DNA of 64,000 nt from Octopus vulgaris (Eukaryota). The translations under genes and the position numbers were made by a program. The DNA is taken from positions 52,390,001-52,454,000 of the forward strand of contig OX597829.1 of the NCBI GenBank assembly GCA_951406725.2, in the 5' to 3' direction. This document shows positions 35,569 through 49,400 of this stretch, in pieces. The notes beneath the pieces are model-generated. The model ran no database searches. It was not told where the DNA came from and worked only from the letters and a program-made list of their open reading frames with translations. Within the stretch, counting starts at the first letter, position 1; the number at the start of each line of letters is the position of its first letter.

Positions 35569-36246
35569 GAGGCCGGCAATCTTGGCAGAAACGTTAACAC
35601 GCCGGGCGAAATGCGTAGCCGTATTTCGTCTGCCGTTACGTTCTGAGTTCAAATTCCGCCGAGCTCGACTTTGCCTTTCATACCTTCAGGGTCGATAAAT
35701 TAAGTACCAGTTACGCACTGGGGTTGATATAATCGACTTAATCCGTCTGCCTGTCCTTGTTTGTCTACTCTATGTTCAGCCCCTTGTGGGTAGTAAAGAA
35801 ATAGGTGTTTCGTCTGTCGTTACGTTCTGAGTTCAAATTCCGCCAAGGTCGACTTTGCCTTTCATCCCTTCAGGGTCGATTAAATAAGTACCAGTATGCA
35901 CTGGAGTTGATGTAATCGACTTAATCTCTTTGTCTGTCCTTGTTTGTCCCCTATTTGTTTAGCCCCCTGTGGGCAATAAAGAAATTAATATTATTACTGG
36001 TAAAAGTGCGGCGATCTGGCAGAATCGTTAGTGCGCCGGGCGAAAAACTTAGCGGCATTTCGTCTACCGTTACGTTCCGAGTTCAAATTCCGCCGAAATC
36101 GACTTTGCCTTTCATCCTTTCGGGGTCGATTAAATAAGTACAAGTTTCGCAGTGGGGTCGATGTAATCGACTAAATCTCTTTGTCCTTGCTGCTTGTCCC
36201 CTCTCTGTTCATCCTCCTCCACACCCCCGTGGGCCGTAAAGAAATA
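35569..36246 (+). mobile_element. SINE-B trimer (dimer + spacer + monomer) bounded by one TSD
   Basis: 15-bp TSD AATATTTTTGTTTAA at 35554-35568 and 36247-36261. Confidence 0.8.
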
Positions 36247-36475
36247 AATATTTTTGTTTAATGAATGTATTTCCGAATGTTTATATTTTTTTTCTATTGA
36301 TGATGTAACAAACTTTCATTCATCGTCAGCTTTGTTTATACTCTTATCTTTATTATTTTGAACTTGTTTTAATATATACGCACTTGTTCTCTCTCCCTCG
36401 CTGCTTAATTCTCTTTGTTCGTCTCTCTCCCTGTTTCTCCCTTTGTCTCTCTCTTGCTGTCCCTCTTTTGGTCGG

Positions 36476-36512
<37 letters not shown>

Positions 36513-39500
36513 CTGTCTCTCCTCTCTCTCCCCCTCTCTTTTATATATACACACATTTACACAAACCTAATAATTTATATCCTCGACCTGCTAGAAATAG
36601 CAGTCACATTATAGAATGTAAGTTCCAGATACACTGTTTAAAATGAAGACAGGATGGTCACAGACGGAATGTCTTTGATCATAAGTCTGCTGGACAAATA
36701 TCGATCTGGAATTAATTAATAAGAACAAGGACACTGCTTCTGTAGTCTTTTGACTAATGAGAAATAACCGTATAGCAGAATGTAGTCTGAGGTACAACAA
36801 TGAGATTAAAGACGAAAAATACCTTTGATTATAGATAAGCCGTTTTAAGGGTTGACATACAATTAATCAGCATAAACACTGCGCATACTAATTAATGGAG
36901 CGTATATCGGTTTCACAATTTGGCACAAGGCCAGCAGTTTTGGAGTAAGGAGTAAGTTGATTACATCAATGCCAGTGTCTGCTCAATTGGTACTTATTTT
37001 ATTGACCCTGAAAGGATGAAAGGCAAAATGGACCCTGGTGACATTTGAACTCGGATGAAATGTTGCTAAGCATTTTGCCCAGCATGCTAATAATTCTACC
37101 AGCTCACTGCCTTAACCCTTTAGTGTTCAGATTACTCTGTTAAATGTAATACTTTCTCGCTCAAATTGTTTTGAATTAATCATGCATTATCTTATAGCTT
37201 TGAGGTTTCAATGATGGGATTGTTTATTTTTAGAACGGCATTGTAGGTTAGATGTGAGAGGCCAGATCTGTCCAGTTTGAATATAAAACATGTAGAATGT
37301 TTGGGCCAGATAAAGGGTTAATAATGATAATAATAATGATAATAATAATAATGGCTTCAAAGTTTGAAATTTTGGCACAAGGGCAGCCTTTTATCATCCC
37401 CAGTGTTCAACTGGTACTTATTTTATCGACCCTGAAAGGGTGAAAGGCAAAGTAATCCCTGTTGCAATTTGAACTCAGAATGTAAAGACAGGTGGATTGC
37501 CGCTAAGCATTCTGCCAGCCGTGCTAAAGATTCTGCCAATTAGCTGCTTTAAATGAAGCATATATTGTTTTACCGAATTATTTTGAGAATTCAAAAAGTT
37601 GCTATTTAACCTTAGTTCAACTTTGATTGAACAGACTTGTGATCTAAAACGCCCCAGCCATGATCCGAGGTATTCCAGCCATGTTATATCCACAGGCATT
37701 GGTTTTTTTTTGTCTATAATTATGTTGTTCAGTTTGTCATATATTTCATGCTGGCAGGATATGATCTGAGGGAGTTCTAGCTACTATGTCCAGAAGGTTG
37801 CACAATCTTATGTGTGTGTGTGGGGGGGGGGGAAGGGAGGTGGTTTCCGTCTGATAGCAATAGAGTTTCAATAGTTTTATTCTCTAAATCATTCAGTTTC
37901 TAGCTGTCTGACCTCTTTAGATAGGTTGATGGGTTCTTTATGTAAATAAAGATGCCTGCTTAAGAGGAATGGGGAGAGAAAGAAAAAGAAATAAAAGAAG
38001 AATATTCTTATATTATTGATTGATGAAAGAATGATAGAATTGGATTTCCCACTCTTAATCTTTTTCTTTCTAGAAATTTCTAGCTGTTTCTCTGCCACTG
38101 TAATAACAAATGGGACACATTAATGTCTTTATCACCTTCTTGGATACTGATTTTCATAAAAGGAATCACTCCATACCTACTCTATCTCCTCAATTTCATT
38201 TTGTTTTATTTATCTTCATTTTGAAACCTCAAAGCATGGGCATAAACGTTTAATGGTTAATTCTTCATCAAATATATATATAGATATTTTTTTTTTCATA
38301 AATCAATTTACACTTCCTCTATTACTTTTTTTTTTTTTTAATATAAAATTAATTTGTCTTTTAGCTTAATCATCTCAAGATTAACATTTTAGATAATGTC
38401 TTATAGTGCATTCTTTTTCTCTTTCTGTGATCTTAGCTGTAGTTTAAGCCACGAAACATAAAAGAAATCTAAATTAATTCGTTGAGATGTATTAATAATA
38501 TATTGTTGAAACTTCCAAATGGCTAGAACCAACATCTTTCAGCATCTTTATGTACTAATTTAAAAAAAAAAAAGAAGTTATCTGGCCCTTTGTTGTTGTT
38601 GTTTAGCCCCAGGTCAGTTCTGATCAATCAAAACTGTGAGTGTGAGCAAAATTAATTCCAGTCATGCCCATCCAATCTTCCATTCAGTCGTTAATAAGTC
38701 TATGATTTTCTTTTACTACTATTACTTGCTTCAATCGTTATACTGTGGCCATACTGGGGTACTACCTTGAAGAATTGCTTTTTTTTTTTAAGCTTGGTAC
38801 TTTATCAGTCTCGTTTGCTGAACTAAGTTATAGGGATGTAAACACACCAACACTCATTGTCAAGCATTGGTCACATGCACGCACGCACAATAGGCTTCTT
38901 TCAGTTTCTGTCTACCAAATCCACTCACAAGGCATCATTTGGCTTCCACCCCCACCACCAATACCGGATATCTCTCTGTTCTCTCCCCTTCTCTTTCTTA
39001 TCTCTTTTCTTCTCTTTTTCTATCTCCCTCCCTCTCTTTATTCCCCTTCCTTGGCCCTATGAAATGAAGTGAAGCAAAAAGCTATTAGGCTGCCCTTGTC
39101 AGGTCAGGTTGATGTATGCAGCATCAGATCATACTACTGGTAAACTGTAAACCAGTACAACCTGTGTCAGTTGGGTAGAAAGAGCTCCTTAGCCGTAGTG
39201 AAGGCAATCTATCTAGGGAGATAACCTTACAATAAATCACTCGGTCCGTAGCTTAGAAATACTGGGTTGACGTCCAGCAGGAACAGCTTTGTTTCATGGA
39301 GGAGGAAAGATCTTCTTTAGTACTTGGTTGTACAATGCTTTCCAATGTGTGTAGTAGTGGCGCGCGCACACATTATTAGCCATTTGAAAAGAAAAAAGAC
39401 TTATCCAAAGTACCATGCAATGGGACTGAACCCCAAATCAAATCTCCAAAATCTAAAGTCAGACATGGTCATATCATTCAGCATGATGACAGTGGGCAGT

Positions 39501-40389
39501 AAAGCCGACCTTGTTTTTCTGTCAACAAGTTTTGAATAAATTATACCAGTTAAGGCAATGTGTTTGTGAGTCCACAAAGTTCCCATCAGAAAAATTAGCA
39601 ACTAAGCCTCAGTCCTTTGGGAAACTAATGTTTATGCAACACCTTTTATGCAGCACCTCTGTAAGATCATAATTCATACAGATGTATTCATTCAAGACTG
39701 ATGGTTCACACCATTGTTTTCAGTTCATGCTGTGTTTCATCTGAGACATTTATTTTTTGTCCGTTGGATCATGCACAGTAGGGAAACTCTTGAGTAAGTA
39801 ACACTGAACCAGCTTTCAGCTTTGAACAAATAAACAAACTCTGCTACATGCTTGTGAATATTTTTTCACCTAAAAACACACAGGTGTATGTATATGTATG
39901 TATGTATGTGTGTATATATTGAATATTTTTTCACCTAATACTATTTCCAAACACACAGGTGTATATGTATGTATGTGTATATATATATATATATATTTTA
40001 TTATTGGTCTACAATTGTTAATGATTATACATATTTTATGGTAAGATTGTGTACAGTCATCATCATCATCTTAGGTCAAGCTTGCTCAGACACTTTTAAC
40101 CTGCACACACCATCAATCTCAGTCCTGCATTAGTTGAGGGGGGTCTTTGCAGAGCCATCCAATGTCTCTGCTGAGTTGATCTACATACATGTGTTCAAAT
40201 GACCTGCTTGAGTATAGCCGTGCTTTGGCATCCTCTGCAGTTGATCACCAACCAGCTTTTGTTTAGCTCTTTAGTCATGTTCTACAGAGCACAAGTGCCT
40301 TCTCTCTATAATGGTGAAAACAAGTAGATCTCCATACAGCTATTTCATGGTGGGAGCTAAGGTTGCTCTTAACATTTGGGCGTAAGTTC

Positions 40390-40740
40390 CATCGGGCTTC
40401 AGATTCTGGAATTAGCTGCACATGATATCAGGCTGCTTGTGTTAATCTATGTAAAACGAAGTTCGTTGCTCACAATCAACAAGGATCCATCACCAACATC
40501 AGATGTTGGTGATGGATCAATCAAGTTGATCGCATGTACCTTGGTTCTGAGATAGCTTCAACTGAAAGTGATGTAAAAACTTGGACGGCCAAAGTATGGT
40601 CAACCCTAAACAAATTGGATGTTGTCTGGAAATCAACCCTTTCAGACAACCTTTAGAGGAATTTTCCCATGCAATAGTCAGTCCTTTTATATAGAGTAAC
40701 AGTCTGGATGCTTACCAAAATCCAAGCTAGATGGAACTTG
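40390..40740 (+). pseudogene. Decayed RTE LINE RT C-terminal region
   Basis: Frameshifted YLGSEIASTESDVKT..AKVWSTLNKLDVVWKS.LSDNL, typical of RTE ORFs after the RT core. Confidence 0.6.
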
Positions 40741-42336
40741 GTTATATAGTAAATAGTAACAGAGATGATGAAGCCAGCTGGGAATAAAATCACTTGTCTA
40801 GTCAACACTCAAGCCAATGTACTACCAGCTGTTCACTGATTGTTACTCTCTTAGAATTTACAACCATATAATTTTACTATAGTACAACTATACCTCATTT
40901 TTACTATATTGATCACAGAATATTGAATAATGGTCAAGGTTAACACCTTAACAACCTTTATACTATTTTACATTACATATTCTTAATTTCATATTTATTA
41001 CATGTATTTTTAACATAAAATATTAAATAGGTTTACTGATTGCACCAAGAGAATATAACATTACTTTCAAATAATTATGATTTATTTCAAATGTCTTCAG
41101 TGTGACCCTAATCTCCTAACAGTGTGTAGAAGTTCATTATTGTGTCTATTGTTCCATTGTATTTTAAGCACTTATGGTGAGGAAATACTTGATAAAATTT
41201 TATCTAGGTTAATAATTGATGTTGGAAGTAAAAGCTAAGAGGTTTTGGGGGCTCTAAAAGTAGTCACATTAATTCATTAACAATGAAGTGGTTAATTCTT
41301 TTTGTTGACCAAGTTTGTCTGTTCGTTGACCTTAGCAAGCAGACCGACTTACTGCTAAAGATATCTAACTTTTTTGTGTCTTTTCAGACCACATTATCTA
41401 ATATGATCTTTTTTGCGTATAGCAGTGTGAGGGGAATTTGGTTGCTATGTTGAGCATGTCTAGAGATAAGTTTGTTAATCAGGTTATAGCTAAATGTTTA
41501 TGAACATTGTTGATGAGAATAACTTTTTACCACTCTTGTTAGAGACAGTTCAGGTATTTTACTGTGATCCGTAGCGATAGCATAACAAATATGTGGCAAT
41601 TTTGTGTGGTCTAAACGCAAACCTTGGTCTTGAGGGTTCAATATTCTAGGCTGAGTTGGTGGATTCTAGTTTGCTGAGTAGCATCTGGCTATCTTTTTTT
41701 GTACAATTCTATTTTTGTTGTTATTGTAGCAGTTTGGTACAAAATAACTCAAATTTGAATTTATTAATAACTAGCTTAAAAGCCACACTCTCCGTGTGGA
41801 CTTTTATGCTAACTCCTGTGGTGGACTAATTAGGCCTGTGGCTCAAAACTAAAAAGAGCTAACTAACAATAATATAACATGTCTATAATTACTTTATGCC
41901 CTGGTGGTGTTTTATTGGAGGTTAAGGACGGATGAGAATTAATTCTGTAACGCAATCATTCTATTGTTCCAGTCCCAAGTTGAATTCCAACTGTTGGCCA
42001 ATTTGTCCTTAAGTTCTTATCCCAACGAAGTGAATGTCATTTGTTCCCCCCCTTCCCACCACTTGATCTCTGACATCATCTGACAAACGTCACCAAGATG
42101 GCATGAACCAACCAAGCTTTACTGGCTAGAAATAGCAACCCAAATGCTTTTTAATCAGATCCCAATGCTGGATGTTCAAGAACCAAATGAAGGGCAAATT
42201 TTCAATCCCAGGATCATTTTGATTCCAAAAATGGTATAATATATCTATGTAGAGCAAATGTAGGCTGAGATACAGGGGTCCTGGATGGACAGACAGAATT
42301 TTGCTTTTATTATTACAGGTAACTCCTGACCAGTGT

Positions 42337-42565
42337 TTAACCCTTTCGTTACCAACCCGGCCGAAACCGGTTCTGGCACTGTTGTACAAATGCCTTGTTT
42401 TCATAAGTTTTGAATTAAAATCTTCCACCAAACCTTAGTCACAATTTATGTTCCTAACACTAGATGAATGATAACTAAGTTATTTTACTAAATTCTTTGT
42501 TATATTTAAAGCAATTGAAAGAAACACAGAGCATCTCAAAACAAATACAGTAACGAAAGGGTTAA
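42337..42565 (+). mobile_element. Intact piggyBac-like MITE family A
   Basis: Perfect 12-bp TIRs CCCTTTCGTTAC / GTAACGAAAGGG with TTAA on both sides. Other copies at 54772-54992 (-), 62152-62260 (partial) and 34942-35490 (diverged, split by a SINE). Confidence 0.92.
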
Positions 42566-43477
42566 ATTGAAGACAATTTTTGTTTTGTGTTTTGTGCTGC
42601 CTGAATCAGTTGCAGATACAAAATGTTTAGTAGTATTTCTTCTTCTTTTCTGTGTTGATATTTCACTGAGATTGACTTTGCCTTTCATCCCTTGAGGTTT
42701 GATAAAATAAGTACTAGTCGAACACTCATAATCAACTAGCCCCACTTCCCCACAAAATTCCAGTCCTTGTGCCTGTAATAGAAAGGATTATTTCAGATGA
42801 GGCAGTTGTTTAGCCTCATGTCAGCCCTGAGCAAGCTGAGATATGATTGAAGGCATTCCAACCATGGCATTTACATTAAATTTTCAAGGAATGTGTTATC
42901 CAATGTGACTTTTTTTTTAGCTGTCATTTAAAGGTAATTTGGCTGCTGCATAGAAGCTCCTTTGCTGGGTCACATGAGATACAATGTTTTAGAATGGTGT
43001 AGGTATGACTATGTTGTGAGAAGTTTGCTTCTGTTATAGCCTCAGGTGAACCAAAGCCTTGTGAGTAATTTTGAAGATGGAAACTGAAAGAAGCCTATCA
43101 TGTATGTATGTGTGTGTCTTTGTTTGACTCCTACCATAGCTTGACAACTGGTGTTGGTTTGTTTCATTATCATCATCCGGTCAAGCTTACTTGGATATTT
43201 TTAACCAGCACACCTCATCCATCTCAGTCTTGTCATAGCTGAGGGAGATCTTTGGGGGAGGCATTCAAGTGTCTCTGATTTGTTTACCTCCCTTTAACTT
43301 AGTGATTCAGCAAAAGAGACTGATAGAATAAGTACTAGGTTTAACCCTTTAGCATTCAGATGATTCTGTCAAGTGTAATTCATGTGCTTTGCATTAATCA
43401 TGCATTATTTGTAGCTTTGAGATTTTGACCACAGTGCAATGACCAAAACAAGCAAATAATAATAATAATAATAATAA

Positions 43478-43920
43478 TCTGCTCAATACCACAGATTTGC
43501 TTGTCAGTTGTTTGACCTTACCCAGTTGAGCATGTCCCTTAGTGGCTGACGATATGTGCATCTCTGATCACGAGCAGAAGTAGTGGGGGAGCATCATAGA
43601 CATACGTTGAGCAGGATTCTTTAGAGTTTGAATAATTCATCCCTGAAAACATGGGTGGTTCTTCAACATCCTTAAACAATCCTTATTCAGGGACCTTTTG
43701 AGCAGGATGGGCTACTCAACCTGAAGAAAATTCTAACTGGGCCCCACCTGCAAGGTCATGTGCTGTTTATCTTGATATGAGATCACCATGTCGCGCATGT
43801 ATGGTTGTAATGCATGTACCTGGTGTACCCTTATCAGATGGGTAGTCATGATGGGTATACTGGGCTTTGTATATTTTACCCCAGTGTCACTTTGATGGCA
43901 TGAACTGCTCTCTCACTCAA
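43478..43920. mobile_element. Unclassified ~440-bp element inserted in (AAT)n
   Basis: GC-richer block flanked by (AAT)n on both sides, nested in MITE-B inside SINE-A. Confidence 0.55.
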
Positions 43921-46242
43921 TAATAATGATGATGATAATAATAATAATAATTAATAATAACAAAAGGTAGTTCTTCAGAGCTTTGTTAAGGTGCCCACAT
44001 GATTGTATGTGGAGATGTAGAGATCTTTAGAATGTCATTGTAGGGTAGGTGTGAGAGGCCAGATCTGGCCAGTTTGAACATAAAGCAAGTAGAATATTTC
44101 TGCTGGATATGGTTGGTTTAAATGCTAAACAGTGAAAAAGCAAAAAAAAGTACTGGGGGTTGATTTATTTGACTAAACCTTCAATGCAGTGCTCCAGCAT
44201 GACCACTGTACAATGGTTGAAACAAAGAAAAAAAAGCAATAAATAAAAGATAGTTTTTCAGAGTCTTGTTTGTGTGTCTATGTGATTGTATGCGATGTAG
44301 AGATTTCTAGAATGGTGAAAATTGGAAAGTACTGCAGTGTTGCAGTAAAGTGAAAAAATTCTTTGTTGTTGTTGTCAGTGATGTATGACTGAGATATTTT
44401 TATTTTTTAATAGAGATATTTTTATTTTTTATTAAAATTTTTTTTGTGGGGGAAGTTACGAAATGGTTGGTTAAACAGATAATGGAATGAATACTTGGAC
44501 AAGTCACTGTATGGCATGCATGGTTGTAGTAGTTTAATAACAGGTTTTTTTTTTCTTTTTTTTGTGCTATTTTTGTATACTAAGATTATACAGGTTCAGT
44601 TCCACTGCACAGCACCTTGGGCAAGTGCCTTCTACTGTAGCCCTGAACTGACCAAAGCCTTGCAAGTTAATTTGGTAGAAAGAAACTGTGTTGAAGCCTG
44701 TTATAAATATATGTATATACTCTTTATTCTCTTTTACTCTTTTACTTGTTTCAGTCATTTTACTGTGGCCATGCTGGAGCACCGCCTTTAGTCAAGCAAA
44801 TCGAACCCAGGACTTATTCTTTGTAAGCCTAGTACTTATTCTATCGGTCTCTTTTGCCAAACCGCTAAGTTACGGGGACGTAAACACACCAGCATCGGTT
44901 GTCATGCGATGTTGGAGGGACAAACACAGGCACACAAACATATACACTCATACATATATATATACATATATATGACAGGCTTCTTTCAGTTTCCGTCTAC
45001 CAAATCCACTCACAAGGCATTGGTTGGCCCAAGGCTATAGTAGAAGACACTTGCCCAAGGTGCCACGCAGTGGGAATGAACCCGGAACCATGTGGTTGGT
45101 ACACAAGCTACTTACCACATAGCCACTCCTGCGCCATATGTGTGTTTATGTTTGACTCCCCCACTACTTGACAGCCAGTATTGGTTTGTTTTTGTCCCTG
45201 TAACTTAGTTCAACAAAAGCATTTGATAAATAAATACCAGACTTTAAAAAAACAAATACTAGGGTGGGTTTGTTTGGCTAAATCCTTCCAGGCTGTATCT
45301 CAGCATAGTCTCAGACTGAAGAAAGTACAAGAAAAAAGATAAAATGAAGTCAGAACTTCAACAATGAGGATGGGATTTGGCCTGAAAATCAGTTTATTGG
45401 AAAGTGGTAGAAACTTAAATGTAAGAAAAGGGACTTGGAGAAAGAACTTATGATTCCATGAAAAGAAATATTGTTAACAACATTCAATTAATGAAGCTTT
45501 AAATCTTTTTTTTTTTTTGTTGTTTTTCACTTAGGCAGGAAGTATGAGATTTTTAGAGGAAAGGAAACGAGATTCTGAGGTCTTTGTGAATTTTGTTTTT
45601 TCATTGAAGAAGTAAAAACAATTTACATGTTTAAAACAACTGTCAAATGCATATCTGATATAAGCAGAAACTATTTTGTGGTTTGTGTATGTTTTCATAT
45701 TTTCTGGAAATTTGATCTTGTGAAATAGGTTTAGTAACACCAGACTCTTTGAGAGAAACATACTCAGGCGCAGAGCTGAAGATTTTTATCTCTCTTGCAT
45801 CGGGTAACTATTTTTGTTTCTTGGTGCATTGGAAATCTTCCACATTTTTTCTTCTTCTTTTCGGCTCAAGGGTTCTTTCTAGAGTTTGATACAAAAAGTC
45901 TCCAATTAATGTACACCAATTAAATGTATAACGTCCAGTCATTACAGATTGGAATTCTAAAGGAATATAAATAAATTAAACAAATAAAGGAGTGGGGATG
46001 TTATTGCTTCGTAAAAAGATGTTAAAATTAATGAGATATACTTCAGGGCTGCTGCTGGTGGTGGTGGTGGTTGAAGGTGAGGGGTGGATGGTTGTTATTT
46101 CTATCTTCCATACAAGATATGCACCAGTTTTTTTTAAATGAAATTAGATAGCATGCCTAATGGTAAGAAAAATGAGCAAGGAAATTTTAGCAGGAACTAG
46201 CTAAGTGGCATAAGACAAAGTTGATATATATACCGTTTAGGT

Positions 46243-46406
46243 CAGGGGTCTTCAAAGTGGTTGATATCAACCCTTGGGGGTCGATGGGACTATTCAAGGG
46301 GTCGATAAATGCACATTGTTATTATTTTCTTGTACATGCTTGGGGTTGGTGAGGGACCAAGGATTCCATGAAGGGGTTGATGGTGTGAAATGTTTGGGGA
46401 ACCCTG
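46243..46406. mobile_element. hAT-like MITE
   Basis: CAGGGGTCTTCAAA ... TTTGGGGAACCCTG; degenerate 8-bp TSD GTTTAGGT / GTATAGAT. Confidence 0.65.
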
Positions 46407-49400
46407 GTATAGATATTATCTGGACTACTTGATTTGGTAGGCATCTTGGAAGGGCACCAGTTTGAGAAAACCAAAATATCAATTACAAACATGCAATGAA
46501 TTTGATTAGAAAAAGGACTGGTATCATGGATATATATATCTTGTCATATCTTAGGTGCATGTTGCATGTATGTATGTGTATATGCATGTGTGTGCACATG
46601 TAAATGTGTCTGTATATATATATGTGTGTATGTTTGTATGTGTAGGTAAATGTTACATGGGCCAGAATTGTGAAGTTTAAAATAAATAATGTTGCAAATA
46701 ATGCCTTTTTTTCTTCTTATCAGTAGCACAATAGGGGTGGTTTAAGAAGTTCATTTTGTAATCATCTTCCTGGGTTCAGTCTCACCATGTACTGCTCCTA
46801 AAGTCTCTTCTATCATAGTTTTGGGTTTACCCAATCCTTATGTTATGGAATTGGACAGATGGAAACTATGTAGAAGCCTATTGGGTTGATTATCTTATTC
46901 TTGAGTTACAGACTTGATATATAGCTCGGATGATCACCATTGATCATTGCCACACCATCATCATTAGAAGACACCATCATCCTACCACCACCTTTGCTCC
47001 CCACCATGGCTGCAACCATCACCTCCACCACCATGCCATCACCTCCACCACCACCACCATGCCCCACACTCTTCTGCTGAAGGTCATGGATTCTTCCTTG
47101 CTCCTCCTGATTAGGCTATAAAACATGAATTTTGTGTAACGTTGACCATGCACGTATGTATAGGTCTGGGTTCTTTTTCCCTTTAGATGGATTTTCAGTT
47201 TCCCATGCATGCAGGTCTCGTATCACCACCAACACCACTACCACCAATGATTATTTAAGGGAAAGGTCTCTGACTTTGGAGAGCTGGAACAGATACCACA
47301 AGGTATCTTGCAAGATCTTCTAACCGTTCCACAAACCCTGGGATTGGAAATTTGTTTTATTGATCCTGAAAGGATGAGAAGCATAGCTGACCTCTGCAGA
47401 ACATGAACTCGGTGTAGAGAGTTGTAACAAACGAGGCAAGGCATCTTTTTGAGATCTTACAGTTCCACCATCCCCGGAATGGTACTTATTTTTTTTTTTA
47501 ATGAATCTGGAAAAATGAAAGACAAATTTGACCTGTGTATAGTTTGAACTCATTGTGCAGGGAGTCGGAACAAATACAATAAGGTACTCTATCCATTGCT
47601 CTAACAATTCTGCCAAATTGCTGCCTTTGTATGTTGTATGTTTAGTGAGAATGTTAGGAAATATTTCTTTTTCATCAACATTAATAGTAAATAGTAGTAG
47701 AACAGGTTTAGTCTGTAGCTGGTTCAGTATTAATTATGGAGCCAAAAATGACTTGATGAAATGTGGGATAGCTTTTTGTGTACAAGTGTTTTTTTTTTTG
47801 CCTTTTTACATATGTGTATAAAAAGCTTTTGCTGCTGTTAACTAATTCAGTGTTGTTGCCGTCCAGCTGCTGGTGGTCAGTTCTGATCTATTAGACAAAC
47901 AGTTGAAAACATTCCAGCTGAGATCATTTTTGTCTAGGACTTCATGCTTACTGGCAGAGCACCTCTGACCATATGTCTGCTGGATCGTGGCTGACCAATG
48001 GTGAAACAACAACAGTTGCACATCACTGCTGTTCTTTTCTTATACAAAATAACCTGCAGTTGTAGTTACAATATATGCATTTTGTCGGTCAAATTGCTGG
48101 ACGGTAATTGAAAGAAGCTCAGCTAAACAAGCTTGTTTCGCTATTTGATGTCTCACATGTTCACTTGAATAAGACAGGATCTTATAGTCAAATATATACA
48201 TATTTTATTTAACTAGTTGTTCTATTAAAGATCACATTTTCTTTGTGTTAACAGTTGAGATCTGAAATAAGGTGCTACTTGATATCTAAGATGTAAATAA
48301 AGATTTGCTCAAAGGGGAACTGAAATATGCATTAAACCCTCATTACGTAGTGTTAGTTGACTACTACCTTCACAACATTTCCATTGCATCTATGTTTATG
48401 TTCACATGACCTTGTAAGTAGGTGTTTGTATATGCAGTAGTCTTCCTGTTTTATTAAATGTATCTGATGTCATTGTCATCATCATCATCATCATTGTTTA
48501 ATGTTTGTTTTCCATGCTGGCATGGATTGGACTATTTGACAGGAGCTGGCAAGTCAGAAGACTATGCCAAGATCCACTGTTTGCCTTGGCATGGTGTCCA
48601 TGGCCGGATGCTCTTCCTAATGTCATCTACTTTACAGAGTGTAACTGGGTGATTTTTCTGTGGCACCAGCACCAGTGAGGTCACCAAGTAACTTGCAAGA
48701 CGAAGACCCCTTGATTGAGAGGAGGTGGTTTTGTGCCAGGGGAGGAGAAGTTAAAGTATGATAGAGGACCAGAAACAGGTGTCATTCTGTAGAGGAGGTA
48801 CATGGCTACCCCAGGCAGAAAGGAGAGGATAGAGAGAGAGAGAAAAGACGGTGGTGAAGATATGTCAGGGCATACACTAAAGGCACAGGAGATATGTCTG
48901 GGTATGCCATGCAAGTTATAGCTGTTGGAGTCCAACTTGAGAAATTCTAACAGTGCTGTTTTTAATGTTTTACTTTGACCCCACTGCACTGTGAATATTA
49001 AGACATTTGTCAATGTTAGGGAAATTCTACCTTGGCTTACATGAAGAAGCTACATTCTCTAAAAAACAAATTTAAGAGAAAACATTGTCAGAAAATTGTT
49101 GTGCTTTGTGTCTCTCTTACTTGTTTTCAGTCATTGAACAGTGGCCATACTGGGGCACCGCCTTGAAGGGTTTAATCAAACAAATCAACTTCTTCACTTT
49201 TTTTGAAGTCTGGTACTTTATCAGTCTCTTTTGCTGAACCACTAGGTTATGAGGATGCAAACAAACCAACTCCAGTTAAGTAATGGAGAGGCAGCGAGAC
49301 ATAGACACAAACAGGTCTATCTTTATGGTTGGCTTCCACACAATATCTAATTCAATAACAAACCTAAGTTGGCCCAGGGCTATAGTAGAAGACATATGCC

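Noticed and set aside
36310-36340. Minus-strand CTGACGA-TGAAT-GAAA
   Set aside because: No stem II or stem I pairing.
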